Source of the DNA: Bacillota bacterium
GTDB taxonomy: Bacteria > Bacillota_I > Bacilli_A > RF39 > UBA660
DNA: 64,000 nucleotides
Reading direction: 5' to 3'
NCBI GenBank assembly: GCA_015059405.1
Contig: SVAL01000011.1
Coordinates: 3,806 to 67,805, forward strand
Below, piece by piece: positions 46,172 through 56,260 of the stretch (the stretch's first letter is position 1; every line of letters starts with the position of its first letter). A program made the translations under genes and the position numbers. The notes under the pieces are model-generated. The model saw only the letters and a program-made list of their open reading frames with translations. It was not told the DNA's origin and did no database searches.

Positions 46172-49138
46172 TTATCTTGATCTTCCACCTAATGATGCAG
46201 ATTCTTCAGCAGCAAGTGCATCTCTTTGAAGAGCTTCTTCATATGCAGCTTGGATTGCAGCTTCTAAATCCATATCTTCTCCTGCACCTGTTGTTGCTGG
46301 TGTATGAGTTGCTTCTACGATAACAACTTCTTCATCACCTGTTGAGATTGCTCCCCAGTCAAATTCATCTTCACCAACATTGGCTTCAGTTCCACCTTCA
46401 ACAGTTCCTGTACCTGTTACTGTATCAGTAGTTACAGCTTTATCTTCTTCTACTACTGGAGCTGGTGCTGGAACTACAGGTTCAACTACTTCTTCAACAA
46501 CTACTTCATCTTCACTAACATTAGCAGATACTCCTTCGTTTAAGTAAGCATTTTCTTCAGCTTCTTTACTTTTTGCGATAGCATCTTCTTGTGCTTTTTT
46601 AGTTGTTTCGAATTGTTCATTTCCTTCTTGGATAGCTAAGTCAATTGCAGTTTGCATACGATCTAAGTAACCATCTTTATAACTTGCTTTTAGTTGTTCT
46701 CTTGCTTCTGTCCAAGTCATTCCCATACCTGTTGCAATTGCATTTTGTTCTTCTGCAGATAATCCTGATAAGTAACTTTCAGCAGCTACTTCAGCAGCAT
46801 TTAAGATTTGTGAATCTTGATCTGCATCAATATTGAAATCTCCAGTTCTTTCAATGATACCTGTTTCAGCATTAAGTCTAGTATTAGCGAAAGCTTGAGC
46901 TCTAGCAACACCACTTGCGAAATTCATATCATTTAAATTGTATTCAGTACCTGTAACTGGATTTACAACAGTACCATTTGCAAATACATAATTTGAAGCA
47001 TTTTCATATTCATTAGCAGCGATTTGTCCACTACCATATATATTAGCTAAAGTATCTTTTGTAAATATATCAATTTTTTCTTGATCTACTACTACTTTTT
47101 CTTCTTCAGTTAAATCTTCATATTCAACTTCTTCTTCTACTTTAGTATCTTCATGTACTGTTTCTTCAATAACTGTTCCATTTTCAATAATAAATTTATC
47201 TTTTTCTTCTTCAGTTAAATCTTTGAATGCTTCATCAATAACATCTTGATCGAATATTGGTACTCCATCTTCATCTTTACCAACGATTCCTTTATCTTTT
47301 TCTGCTTGAGTTAATTCAGAACCTTCAGTTAAATGATTTTCTACACCATGACGTCTATTGTTAATTAATGTCGAAACATCTTTAGATTCTCCAGCATAAT
47401 TTGCTTTCTTAACTAAATCTCTATTAGCAGCATTGATAATTTGTTCAATTGTTGGACGATTAGCATCTGTGATTCCTGCAATTCTACTTTCATAGTTTTC
47501 AGCTAGATCTACACCAGTTGAACCTGAAGCACGAATTGCTTTAATTAAATCAGCATTTAATTCTTCAGTTAAGTTAGCTTCTACTTGTGCAGCTAAATCA
47601 TCTAATCCAGCTTCACGTAAACCAACTGAAATTTGACTATTAACATTAGTAATATGGATTTGTGCAGCTTCTGCTTTATTAGCAGCCATAGTATCTAATG
47701 CTTCCATTTTTTGATTAATTTCAGCATTTACTGAATTACAAATTCCCATTTTATCTACTAAATTTGTAAGACTAACATTTGCATCTCTTTCTGCTTCTGT
47801 TGAGTTTTCTTCAGTCATTACTTCTCCAGTTGATAAAACACTTACTAGATCAGTTCCTGCTTCAATAATATTTTCTCTATATTTAGCAATTTCATCTTCA
47901 CTTAATGAATCATAATCTAAACCAAGTACATTTGTAATATAATACTTAGTTTCTTCTTCTGCACCCATTCCTTTAAATTCAAGGAATTGTGTATGATCAA
48001 CTGATGCAGATTCAGTTAAGTTTAACCCACCATATACTGCATCAAATGCTAATAATCTAGCCATTGGACTTAAGTTAGCAGTATTTGTTGATCCATCTAA
48101 GATATAGTTATAATAAACATTTCTAATTACTTGATCAGAAGTTTCAGTTGTATGCATTGCATTAAAATTAACAACAGAACTTTCCATATTGATAAAGAAT
48201 TGTTTATCTTGTTCATTTTCAAATATATCAGCTAAACCACTTGGTTCAACAGCATTCATATAATATGTAATTAATTTAGTTCTAGCAGATTCTAAAGTAT
48301 CTTGTGCTTGTTCAGCAGTCATATCATATGAACCTAATACTTCATATAATTCTGCTGGTTCACTATAGTTAGCAAAAGTTGTTAACACTAATGCTTCTTC
48401 AAATGATAAATCTAGGTAAGTTTCTCCATCTTCAACTACTCTAAAGTTACCATCTTTATGAGTTGCTTCATGGAAAGCATCAACTAAAGCCATTGCTTTT
48501 TCTGAAGTAACTTTTCTTTGATCATCATCACTCATTGAATCCATTAATTCATCGAATGTTCCATTATCAAAGTCAACTGTTTTATCTTGATCTAAATCTA
48601 AATCTTGATTATTTTGTGTATGATTTATTAGGTATTCAATCCCACCATATAAAGCTCCACCAAGAGCAGCTCCAGCTAATACAGCGGCAGCAACCTTAGC
48701 ACCAGTATGCTTTTTAGCTTCTACTTCATCTTTTAATTCATTAGAATAATCTTCTTCATCAGTAGGATCAACAGGAGGGATAACAACTCCCCCTGTTCCA
48801 CCTTTACCTTTTCCTAATTCTTCTGCTTTTTTCTTAGCAGCTTCAAATTCAGCATTTGCAGCTTCTAATTCGATAGGATCTAGACTATTACATAAATCTA
48901 AATTTCCATTTGCAGCTGCTGTTGCAACAACTGCTTTTAATTTATCCATGTCTTCTTTACCTATTACAAGACCATCTTCCGTTGCCATGCTATGGTATGC
49001 TTTATAGGCATCTTCTGTACTTAATTCTACAGGGGCTATTGATTCATCTTCAAAGAAAACATATACTTTTCCTTCATTATTACTCAAATTGTTTTCATCA
49101 ACTTCAACAAATTGAATAACTTTTCTTATTTTATCCAT
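46172..49138 (-). CDS. 988-aa highly acidic bitopic membrane protein, unknown function
   Basis: About 155-aa N-terminal region, one A/G-rich TM helix (AKVAAAVLAGAALGGALYGGIEYL), and about 810 aa of A/E/D/T/G-rich sequence. Its composition clearly differs from the K/N/I-rich neighbours. Confidence 0.75.
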   Translation of the reverse strand: MDKIRKVIQFVEVDENNLSNNEGKVYVFFEDESIAPVELSTEDAYKAYHSMATEDGLVIGKEDMDKLKAVVATAAANGNLDLCNSLDPIELEAANAEFEAAKKKAEELGKGKGGTGGVVIPPVDPTDEEDYSNELKDEVEAKKHTGAKVAAAVLAGAALGGALYGGIEYLINHTQNNQDLDLDQDKTVDFDNGTFDELMDSMSDDDQRKVTSEKAMALVDAFHEATHKDGNFRVVEDGETYLDLSFEEALVLTTFANYSEPAELYEVLGSYDMTAEQAQDTLESARTKLITYYMNAVEPSGLADIFENEQDKQFFINMESSVVNFNAMHTTETSDQVIRNVYYNYILDGSTNTANLSPMARLLAFDAVYGGLNLTESASVDHTQFLEFKGMGAEEETKYYITNVLGLDYDSLSEDEIAKYRENIIEAGTDLVSVLSTGEVMTEENSTEAERDANVSLTNLVDKMGICNSVNAEINQKMEALDTMAANKAEAAQIHITNVNSQISVGLREAGLDDLAAQVEANLTEELNADLIKAIRASGSTGVDLAENYESRIAGITDANRPTIEQIINAANRDLVKKANYAGESKDVSTLINNRRHGVENHLTEGSELTQAEKDKGIVGKDEDGVPIFDQDVIDEAFKDLTEEEKDKFIIENGTVIEETVHEDTKVEEEVEYEDLTEEEKVVVDQEKIDIFTKDTLANIYGSGQIAANEYENASNYVFANGTVVNPVTGTEYNLNDMNFASGVARAQAFANTRLNAETGIIERTGDFNIDADQDSQILNAAEVAAESYLSGLSAEEQNAIATGMGMTWTEAREQLKASYKDGYLDRMQTAIDLAIQEGNEQFETTKKAQEDAIAKSKEAEENAYLNEGVSANVSEDEVVVEEVVEPVVPAPAPVVEEDKAVTTDTVTGTGTVEGGTEANVGEDEFDWGAISTGDEEVVIVEATHTPATTGAGEDMDLEAAIQAAYEEALQRDALAAEESASLGGRSR

Positions 49139-49156
49139 ACTAGCTTCACCTTCCTA

Positions 49157-51466
49157 TTAATTAGTTAATCTCTTATTACCAGTCATCTTATAACCATCGT
49201 TTAATAACTTTTGGTCGTTGTAATAACTCCACTTATAATCTGTATAAGCGTCTTTTGTAATAGTACGTGTTCTATATTTATAAGTACATACTGTTTTATA
49301 ATTAATTGTTCTAGTTTCTTCATATCCTACTACTTTTTGGTATGATGTGAATAAAACTGTATCTTTAGTTTCGTAACTAGTACATTTTACAGTAGCACCT
49401 GTTGATTCAGTAATTGTATCTGTAGCTGTTAATGTAGATACTTTTCTTGTATATTTTTTCCATGTTGTATAAGGAGTTGTTGTACAAGAACTTCCACATC
49501 TATCCCAGTCCATTCCTACAAATACATATTTTGTTGCTAATGTATCTGTTGGTGTTCCAGATAAACTTACAATTCCTACAAATTCCCAATCAGTTGCTGT
49601 ATGAATTGCATATGTCTTAGTAGATGTTTGTGAAGTTTTATAATATGTATAACCTTTACATGTTTTTTGACTTACTTTACCAGTTTCCTTGATTTGGTTA
49701 GCAATAATTTCTTTTCCTACACCATAAGTATAGTAAGAAACTTTCTTAGAACCTAAATCTTCTGCTTGATATACGTTTGTATTATTGAAACTTGGTGGTG
49801 CTGAACATTTATATTCTTTTGTATTCCATGAAGACCATGCACTGTATGTTTCAGGAATAGGTTTAGAATATTGATATTCATAATTTTCACTTTTCTTAGT
49901 TACAGTTATACTACATACATTTGTGTTACCAGCATTATCTTTTACATAACCATTAATTTTATGAGTTCCTGCTGTTGTAATTGTATAACTTGTATTTTTA
50001 GCATATGTTGTAGTTGTTCCAATTCCATATGCATTAATTCCACTTGTTGCATCTGTTCTTGATTTAAATCCTAATACAATATTACTTGTATATGATCCAT
50101 CACTTGCTTTTGTTCCACTTGTTACACTTAATGAACAACTTGGTTTAGTTGCATCACGTTTAATAGTAATACTACATGTTGTTGTATTTCCATTAGAATC
50201 TTTAACATATCCTTTTACTACATAAGTTCCATCTTTGCTAACTGTATATGTTTTAGAACCATTATAATTTTCAGTAGTTCCAATTCCATAACTTGTTATT
50301 TTAGCTCCATTTGTACTAGTAGCAGTAGCAAATCCTACTACAACATCACTTCTGTACCAGTTATTATCTCCTAGTGTTCCAGCAGTAACTTTTAAAGTAC
50401 AACTTGGTGTTGATGTTTGTGCAGCTTTATCAATTGTAACTGATGTTGAACAAACTTTTGTGTGTCCTGCACTATCTTTAACATATCCATAAACCTTAGT
50501 AGTTCCTACTTTTGATAACGAATATGTTGATTTACTATTATAGTTTGCTTTAGAAGATGTATCTAATCCATAAGCAGTAACTCCGCTTGTTGCATCTTTC
50601 TTGCTAGCAAATCCAACTTTTACTGTTCCTACATAATGTCCTTTTGCATTTTTAGTACCACTTAATACTGTTAAATTACATTCAGGAGCTTTTGTATCTT
50701 TCTTAACAACAATAGTACATACTGCTGTTTTTCCATTTGAATCTTTTACAAATCCATATACTTTAGTACTTCCATCTTTTGAAATTGTAATTGTTGAATT
50801 ATCATTATAAACTGCTGTTGATGAAGTAGAAATACCATAATCTACTATCTTAGCACCAGAAGTTGATGTCTTTTTAGACTTAAATCCAACTTTTACATTT
50901 GATGTATACCAGTTATTTGATCCTTTTGTACCTGATGTAATTTCTAGTACACAACTTGGACCTGTTGCTGGTTTAGTTGGAGTAGTTGGTGTTTGAGTTT
51001 CTTGTTTTTCACATACACCACTATCAGTATTACAATAAGAATAACATCCAATATGTACTAAAATGTAATCTTCATCATCATTACATTTTAAGTATACTTT
51101 CATTAAGTATTCTGTTTCTTCTTTTGTAACTAATACATATGAATTTTTAGTATCACATGTATCTCCATTTTTGTCTGTGAATGGTAATAATAGTTTTAAA
51201 TCTAACATTTGTTGTAATGTTAATTTAACATCATCACCCACATTTTTTGGCAATCTTTCAGTAGTGAAATAAGGAATAGCCGCCTCTTTCATTTCTTGAA
51301 TGTTTGCATTGAATATTCTATCAGTTAATGGTGATAAATCTACATCTTTTTTACTTCCTGTAGGTAATAACCACATTAATAATAGAACAAAAATAATAAC
51401 TAAAACTAGTTTTAATAAGAAATCCCTAATAGGAAATCCTCTTTTTTCTTCATCATCTGTATACAT
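49157..51466 (-). CDS. 769-aa N-terminally anchored surface protein with four Ig-like repeats and a W/Y/T/C-rich C-terminal domain
   Basis: N-terminal TM helix (FLLKLVLVIIFVLLLMWLL), four ~90-aa Cys-bounded repeats, and a C-terminal domain with a WSSW motif and YKYRTR. Confidence 0.75.
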   Translation of the reverse strand: MYTDDEEKRGFPIRDFLLKLVLVIIFVLLLMWLLPTGSKKDVDLSPLTDRIFNANIQEMKEAAIPYFTTERLPKNVGDDVKLTLQQMLDLKLLLPFTDKNGDTCDTKNSYVLVTKEETEYLMKVYLKCNDDEDYILVHIGCYSYCNTDSGVCEKQETQTPTTPTKPATGPSCVLEITSGTKGSNNWYTSNVKVGFKSKKTSTSGAKIVDYGISTSSTAVYNDNSTITISKDGSTKVYGFVKDSNGKTAVCTIVVKKDTKAPECNLTVLSGTKNAKGHYVGTVKVGFASKKDATSGVTAYGLDTSSKANYNSKSTYSLSKVGTTKVYGYVKDSAGHTKVCSTSVTIDKAAQTSTPSCTLKVTAGTLGDNNWYRSDVVVGFATATSTNGAKITSYGIGTTENYNGSKTYTVSKDGTYVVKGYVKDSNGNTTTCSITIKRDATKPSCSLSVTSGTKASDGSYTSNIVLGFKSRTDATSGINAYGIGTTTTYAKNTSYTITTAGTHKINGYVKDNAGNTNVCSITVTKKSENYEYQYSKPIPETYSAWSSWNTKEYKCSAPPSFNNTNVYQAEDLGSKKVSYYTYGVGKEIIANQIKETGKVSQKTCKGYTYYKTSQTSTKTYAIHTATDWEFVGIVSLSGTPTDTLATKYVFVGMDWDRCGSSCTTTPYTTWKKYTRKVSTLTATDTITESTGATVKCTSYETKDTVLFTSYQKVVGYEETRTINYKTVCTYKYRTRTITKDAYTDYKWSYYNDQKLLNDGYKMTGNKRLTN
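49895..50953 (-). repeat. coding tandem repeat, 4 x ~88-93 aa
   Basis: Each unit has the form C-x-L-x-V/I-T/L-SGT...W/H-Y-x-S/T-x-V-x-V/L-GF...SG...YG...Y...SK/T-x-G-T...GYVKDSxGxT..C. Units run residues 172-262, 263-355, 356-443 and 444-~524. Confidence 0.85.
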
Positions 51467-51789
51467 TATACTCTATCCCCCTTTGAGTTATGCTGTGTAT
51501 TATAACACTTTTTAGCATTTTTGTCAATAAATTCAACCAATCGCACCAGTGTACAACCACTGTTGAAATTGTCTAGTCCATATGCTTGGACAAGCTTGCT
51601 TTCTTTTAGCACTTTATGCACTTCCTTTTTCAATATTCCTGTTCCTATTCCATGAACAATGGCTATTTCATAATTTTTCATTTTATAGTTATCATTTAAG
51701 AATTCTTTAACTAGAACTCTTGCACTATCTTTAGTTTCACCATGCAAATCCAACTCTGGCATATTTTTACGATAAAGTAAGTTCATCAT
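51466..51789 (-). CDS. Smr-domain protein
   Basis: ELDLHG ... IVHGIGTGILK motifs. The start is uncertain (51789, 51786 or 51762). The stop shares a base with the start of the 769-aa gene. Confidence 0.7.
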   Translation of the reverse strand: MMNLLYRKNMPELDLHGETKDSARVLVKEFLNDNYKMKNYEIAIVHGIGTGILKKEVHKVLKESKLVQAYGLDNFNSGCTLVRLVEFIDKNAKKCYNTQHNSKGDRV

Positions 51790-52672
51790 ATTTAGCTTTT
51801 ACTTCTTCTAGTGAGAAGATTGAATATCTTCCGCCTACTTTCGTAACAGATAAGGCACCAGCTATATTGGACATTTTCATTGTTGTTATTATGTCATAAT
51901 TATTAGCTATACAATATGTAAATGCTCCATGATAAATATCTCCTGCACCTGTTGAGTCAATTGACTGAACTTTAATACTAGGGACTAATTTATATCCATC
52001 ATCATATGTAAAGCATCCTTTGTCTTCTAATGTTATAACAATATTTTGACTAAATTCCTTTTTCAAATCATCATATATTTCTATCAATGTTTTCATGTCA
52101 TTGTAGTCAATCTTTTTCTTAGTGAATTCCATGGCGAAGTCATTTGAACAAACAACATAGTCAACCATTTTAGCAAGTTCAACTGTGCTTTCTCTTAATG
52201 ATCCAGCATCTATTATTTTAATTGCTTTTGGATTTTTCTTTATGACTTCTACTGCAAAATCTCTTTCATAACCATCTAGCAATATAACATCAAAATCATC
52301 ATCGATTTCTCTTTTTTCTAGAACCATATCTTTACTTTTATCAGTTAGTATTGTTCTAGATCCTATTGTTGTATTTGCTATTATAAAACTACTTGTAGTG
52401 GGAACATCTTTTTTCTTTTCGATGTATTTTGTATTAACCCCAATTTTTTCAAATTCTTCTATTATTCTATTACCATAGTAATCATCACCAACAGCACCAG
52501 CAAAATAAGTTTCCATTCCCCATTTTGCTAACAAATAAGCACAATTGGAAGCGCTTCCACCTCCACATTCTACTCGGGCTGCATCCAACCTAATCTTTTT
52601 ATTCTCTACTGGATAATGATTAACAGGTAATGTAACGTCGTATGCAGCGTTACCAATACATATTATTTTCAT
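51767..52672 (-). CDS. PfkB-family carbohydrate/nucleoside kinase
   Basis: GGGSASN-type N-terminal motif, DSTGAGDIYHGAF anion-hole motif, 301 aa. Substrate not assignable. Confidence 0.8.
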   Translation of the reverse strand: MKIICIGNAAYDVTLPVNHYPVENKKIRLDAARVECGGGSASNCAYLLAKWGMETYFAGAVGDDYYGNRIIEEFEKIGVNTKYIEKKKDVPTTSSFIIANTTIGSRTILTDKSKDMVLEKREIDDDFDVILLDGYERDFAVEVIKKNPKAIKIIDAGSLRESTVELAKMVDYVVCSNDFAMEFTKKKIDYNDMKTLIEIYDDLKKEFSQNIVITLEDKGCFTYDDGYKLVPSIKVQSIDSTGAGDIYHGAFTYCIANNYDIITTMKMSNIAGALSVTKVGGRYSIFSLEEVKAKYDELTLS

Positions 52673-52768
52673 ACCCTATATCACCTTTTATTTTATTATA
52701 ACAAAATTTGCTATATGTTCAAAGTCTTTTTTACCTTTTTTTGTAAATATTTACTTATTATTTTTTTA

Positions 52769-52798
52769 TAAAAAAAGAAAGCTTATTCTTAAGCTTTC
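52769..52798 (-). terminator. rho-independent terminator
   Basis: Stem GAAAGCTTA / TAAGCTTTC overlaps the stop codon, followed by T7 on the minus strand. Confidence 0.65.
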
Positions 52799-53244
52799 TC
52801 ATTAATTAATTTCTTCATTTTACAATAGTCATGAGCCATGTCATCTAACTTTGTTCCTTGTTCGATATATGGATTTTTTCTTTTTAGACTATATTCAGAT
52901 TTTTCAGGTATACTACATCCATTAATAATACCGACAATTCCAACACCAAGTGCTACAATTCCAGCTGGAATAATACTTCCTGGACTCAATATAAATGCTG
53001 CAAAAATTGCTGGTGCTCCAGCCCCAATCCCTAATAAAGATAATGTATTTACTATTTTTCTTGTATTATTTTTTTTAGCATAATATGCAGTTGCATTGTC
53101 ATACTTTTCATAGAATTTTTTTAATTTCAATGGTGTGACACCATACTTTTCCATTGCATATTCATTAAATTGTAATCTTATATTAGTTGCACAACTAGTT
53201 GCTACGTCTTCTATTTCTAATTTTTTCTTATCTTCCATTTTCAT
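52789..53244 (-). CDS. hypothetical membrane protein with Gly/Ala-rich helices
   Basis: 151 aa. LGIGAGAPAIFAAFILSPGSIIPAGIVALGVGIVGIING is a glycine-zipper-like TM hairpin. Confidence 0.6.
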   Translation of the reverse strand: MKMEDKKKLEIEDVATSCATNIRLQFNEYAMEKYGVTPLKLKKFYEKYDNATAYYAKKNNTRKIVNTLSLLGIGAGAPAIFAAFILSPGSIIPAGIVALGVGIVGIINGCSIPEKSEYSLKRKNPYIEQGTKLDDMAHDYCKMKKLINEKA

Positions 53245-53329
53245 TTCCCCCTTGAAAAGATGCAGTTATTATAACATATTTTTATAATTTTTTCAAGTTT
53301 AAGGGATATCTTCTATTTAGTTCAATCAT

Positions 53330-54139
53330 TTATTTCTTCTTTACTAGATATTTAGAAGGATTATTTTTTCTATATTCTTCTTTACTTTCGTACATTAAAC
53401 TATCTGCTTGTTCAATTAATTTTGCAATATTATAACATTCATCAGCGTGAGATATACCATACGATATTGAATAATCGTAATCCGTTAATTCTTCTGTAAT
53501 TAGTTTTATTCTAGTTTCAGTTTCAGCTTTAGATATTCCCTCTGCTAAGATGATAAACTCATCTCCACCTTTACGATAAATATCACTTTTTCTAAAATAT
53601 TTACTCATAATAGATGCGACTGTTAATAACATAAAGTCTCCCGCTTCATGACCAAACGTATTATTAACTACACCTAAACCATTTACATCCACAAAGACTA
53701 GTGATAAATTTTTAAAAGTTTGATTACTTGTTTTATTTTCAAATGCTTTGTAATTAGAAACCCCTGTTAAATCATCTTTGTACATTTGATTTTTCATACC
53801 TAAAATATGATTTTCTATTAAACTAAAGTTTAATAATGCCCCTTTTAAATTTTCAATTAAAAAATCTTCTAATTGGTAATCTACTTTTGGTGTACCTATC
53901 ATAAATACTCCACCACTAGTATTATCCAAATGCATAAATCTAATTCTATTATTAGCGCTTATATGTTGATTAGTAAATATAAAGGAGTTGTCTTTTTTTC
54001 CAGATTTAAACCACGTTACAAAACTAGCATCGAATGCTTTAATTAATGCTTGTTCTATTTCATCTGAATATGTATCACTAGTTATAGGTATTTTACTTAT
54101 ATCAAGCAATACTTTGGCTAGACTTTCGTACTTTTCCAT
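53330..54139 (-). CDS. GGDEF-domain diguanylate cyclase
   Basis: The C-terminal domain carries DLTGVSNYKAF, VDVNGLGVVNNTFGHEAGD and RKGGDEFIIL. The N-terminal ~110 aa is a sensor-like region of unknown type. Confidence 0.85.
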   Translation of the reverse strand: MEKYESLAKVLLDISKIPITSDTYSDEIEQALIKAFDASFVTWFKSGKKDNSFIFTNQHISANNRIRFMHLDNTSGGVFMIGTPKVDYQLEDFLIENLKGALLNFSLIENHILGMKNQMYKDDLTGVSNYKAFENKTSNQTFKNLSLVFVDVNGLGVVNNTFGHEAGDFMLLTVASIMSKYFRKSDIYRKGGDEFIILAEGISKAETETRIKLITEELTDYDYSISYGISHADECYNIAKLIEQADSLMYESKEEYRKNNPSKYLVKKK

Positions 54140-54216
54140 AAAATCACCCCTTCTAAAATTTGTTATATTTTATCATATTTTAAAAAAAATTCAATATTTT
54201 ATTATTTATTTCAAAT

Positions 54217-54250
54217 AAAAAGACTAGATTTCTCTAGTCTTGTTTATTTT
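54217..54250 (-). terminator. terminator hairpin after the serine recombinase gene
   Basis: Stem AGACTAGA (54221-54228) / TCTAGTCT (54233-54240) with A/T runs on both sides. Confidence 0.6.
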
Positions 54251-54257
54251 TAATTAT

Positions 54258-55934
54258 TTATTTTTTACAGCAGCTTGTACTACAGTTTAGTTCGGGAGGC
54301 AATTCGCCATTAACACATAAACTAAATTGTGATGACTTGTTGCTCCCTTCAAAACCTATATTTATTATATCATTAAAATAATTAAAATTCCAGTCAAATC
54401 CATCATTTTTAACGACAATTTTATCAGTAAAGGAGTCTATAATTTCTTCTATTGCGATTGTATTATTAAAATTTAAACTTTCTTTTATTGCTTGTTTTAA
54501 GTTTTTAATCTTAGAATTTAATGTGTCCTTAGGAATGCCTCTCATCTTTTCTAATTCTTCAATCGTTGTTGTACACTCTTTAATATTCTCTTCAATTTCA
54601 ACTTTCTTTTTTAAATATCCTTCTTTTGTTATCATTTCGTTTAAATACATATCAAGTAGTTTTTCCATTTTTTTATTATTAGAATCTAATTTTTTAGATA
54701 AAGTTTTTATTTCCACTTCTATTTCATCTTTGTAATTATCTTCTTTAATTGTTTCATCTATTAAGGTGTTTGTTATTTCAATAATTCGCTCTTTGTCTTC
54801 ACATAAATTTTCAATTACAACACATGCCATAGCATTTAACTTCCATTCTGGAATCATTGGAATATCACATGCACCTTCAATATCTAAACCTTTCTTTAAT
54901 CTCGTTCTTGCAGAACCCATATTCTTTTGTTTATAACATTGATAACAATAAGTTGTATTTCCATCAGCTTTTTTATGATAGTTTTTCTTATTAAAAGTTG
55001 AACCACAACTACATACTAATTTTTTACTCCATACACTTTTTGGTATTCCTTGACCTGCTTTTTGATTGATTTTAATTTTGTCAGATCTTTCTTTGATTAT
55101 TTTTTGAACTTTATCAAAATCATCTTTTGAAATAATTGGTTGATGCCTGCCTTCTACAATTACTTGCTCTACTTCGCCATTATTCTTTTTAGCTTTTTGT
55201 TCTAAGTAATCAGGAATATAACTTTTTCTATATACAATTGTTCCACAATAAAAAGGATTTTGTAATACTCTATTTATATATGATGCACTCCATGTTTTTA
55301 ATCCTGTTGCTGTCAACCAACCTTTCTTTTCTATTTCATATTTGATTTTTGTAGAACCCATACCGCTCAGAAACGATGAAAATATAAACCTAACCATTTC
55401 TGCTTGTTCTTCATTTATAACCATTTCAGAATCTACTTTATCATATCCCAAAATATTCCCATTACCATAAAAAACACCATTTTCAAAAGAAATTTTTTGA
55501 CCTGCTTTTACTCTTTGAGAAGTTTTTTTACTCTCGTTTTGTGCGAGTGTTGCCATAATAGTTAATTTTAATTCGCCATCTTCGTCATTAAAAGTCCAAA
55601 TATTATCTTCAGTAAAATATACTTCTACCCCCATCTTTTTTAATTTTCTAGTTTCTTGAAGAGTATCTACAGTATTTCTAGCAAATCTTGATACTTCACG
55701 TGTTACTATTAAATCAAAACAACCATTTTGTGCGTCTTCAATCATTCTTTTAAAGTTTTTTCTTTTCTTTATAGAAGTACCAGTTATACCTTCATCAATA
55801 TATCTTCCATAAAGTTCCCAATCAGGATGTGCAGCCAAAATATTGTCATAATATTGTACTTGATTTTCTAGTGCTGATAACTGTGCTTCATGCTCTGTAG
55901 AAACTCTTGCATATATCGCCACTTTTCTAGCCAT
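54258..55934 (-). CDS. large serine recombinase (integrase)
   Basis: The N-terminal resolvase domain VAIYARVSTEHEAQLSALENQ carries the catalytic Ser. It is followed by a recombinase domain, a Cys-rich zinc ribbon (CSCGS...CYQC) and a coiled-coil region. 558 aa. Confidence 0.9.
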   Translation of the reverse strand: MARKVAIYARVSTEHEAQLSALENQVQYYDNILAAHPDWELYGRYIDEGITGTSIKKRKNFKRMIEDAQNGCFDLIVTREVSRFARNTVDTLQETRKLKKMGVEVYFTEDNIWTFNDEDGELKLTIMATLAQNESKKTSQRVKAGQKISFENGVFYGNGNILGYDKVDSEMVINEEQAEMVRFIFSSFLSGMGSTKIKYEIEKKGWLTATGLKTWSASYINRVLQNPFYCGTIVYRKSYIPDYLEQKAKKNNGEVEQVIVEGRHQPIISKDDFDKVQKIIKERSDKIKINQKAGQGIPKSVWSKKLVCSCGSTFNKKNYHKKADGNTTYCYQCYKQKNMGSARTRLKKGLDIEGACDIPMIPEWKLNAMACVVIENLCEDKERIIEITNTLIDETIKEDNYKDEIEVEIKTLSKKLDSNNKKMEKLLDMYLNEMITKEGYLKKKVEIEENIKECTTTIEELEKMRGIPKDTLNSKIKNLKQAIKESLNFNNTIAIEEIIDSFTDKIVVKNDGFDWNFNYFNDIINIGFEGSNKSSQFSLCVNGELPPELNCSTSCCKK

Positions 55935-55976
55935 TTTATTCCACCGTCCCTTCGCACTTAAAAACTAACATATTTA

Positions 55977-56138
55977 ATTAATTAATTTAAATGTGCGATA
56001 AACGCCTGAAACTAGAGATTCATATTCATTTTGTGTTATTTGATTTTGTCTGTATAACGCTTTAAATAAAGCAATAATCATTCGTGCATTTAATTCTTCT
56101 TTTGTTTGTACGTCAAAATTAAAAATACTTTTTCCCAT
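55977..56138 (-). CDS. 53-aa small ORF not in the supplied track, unknown function
   Basis: ATG 56136-56138 with an AGAGGGA SD about 10 nt upstream. Translation: MGKSIFNFDVQTKEELNARMIIALFKALYRQNQITQNEYESLVSGVYRTFKLI. It sits between the sortase and recombinase genes. Confidence 0.4.
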
Positions 56139-56260
56139 TGTAATTTTTCCCTCTTATCTTTCTTTTTAAATTTTTTAACGTCTAACCACAACTTCTATTA
56201 ACTGCATTGAATGTTTCTAATAATTAAAAAAATCGCATTATGCGTCTCATAGTTATAACA

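Noticed and set aside
46172-51466. The two giant surface-protein genes as a horizontally acquired island, on the basis of composition.
   Set aside because: There is no integrase, transposase, tRNA or direct repeat at either border. The compositional shift can be explained by the A/E/D/T/G-rich amino-acid content. I kept it as a finding about the proteins, not as a mobile element.
53330-54139. An I-site (RxxD) upstream of GGDEF in the diguanylate cyclase.
   Set aside because: RKSD is present, but only four residues separate it from GGDEF, where I expect five. I did not want to claim allosteric product inhibition from that.
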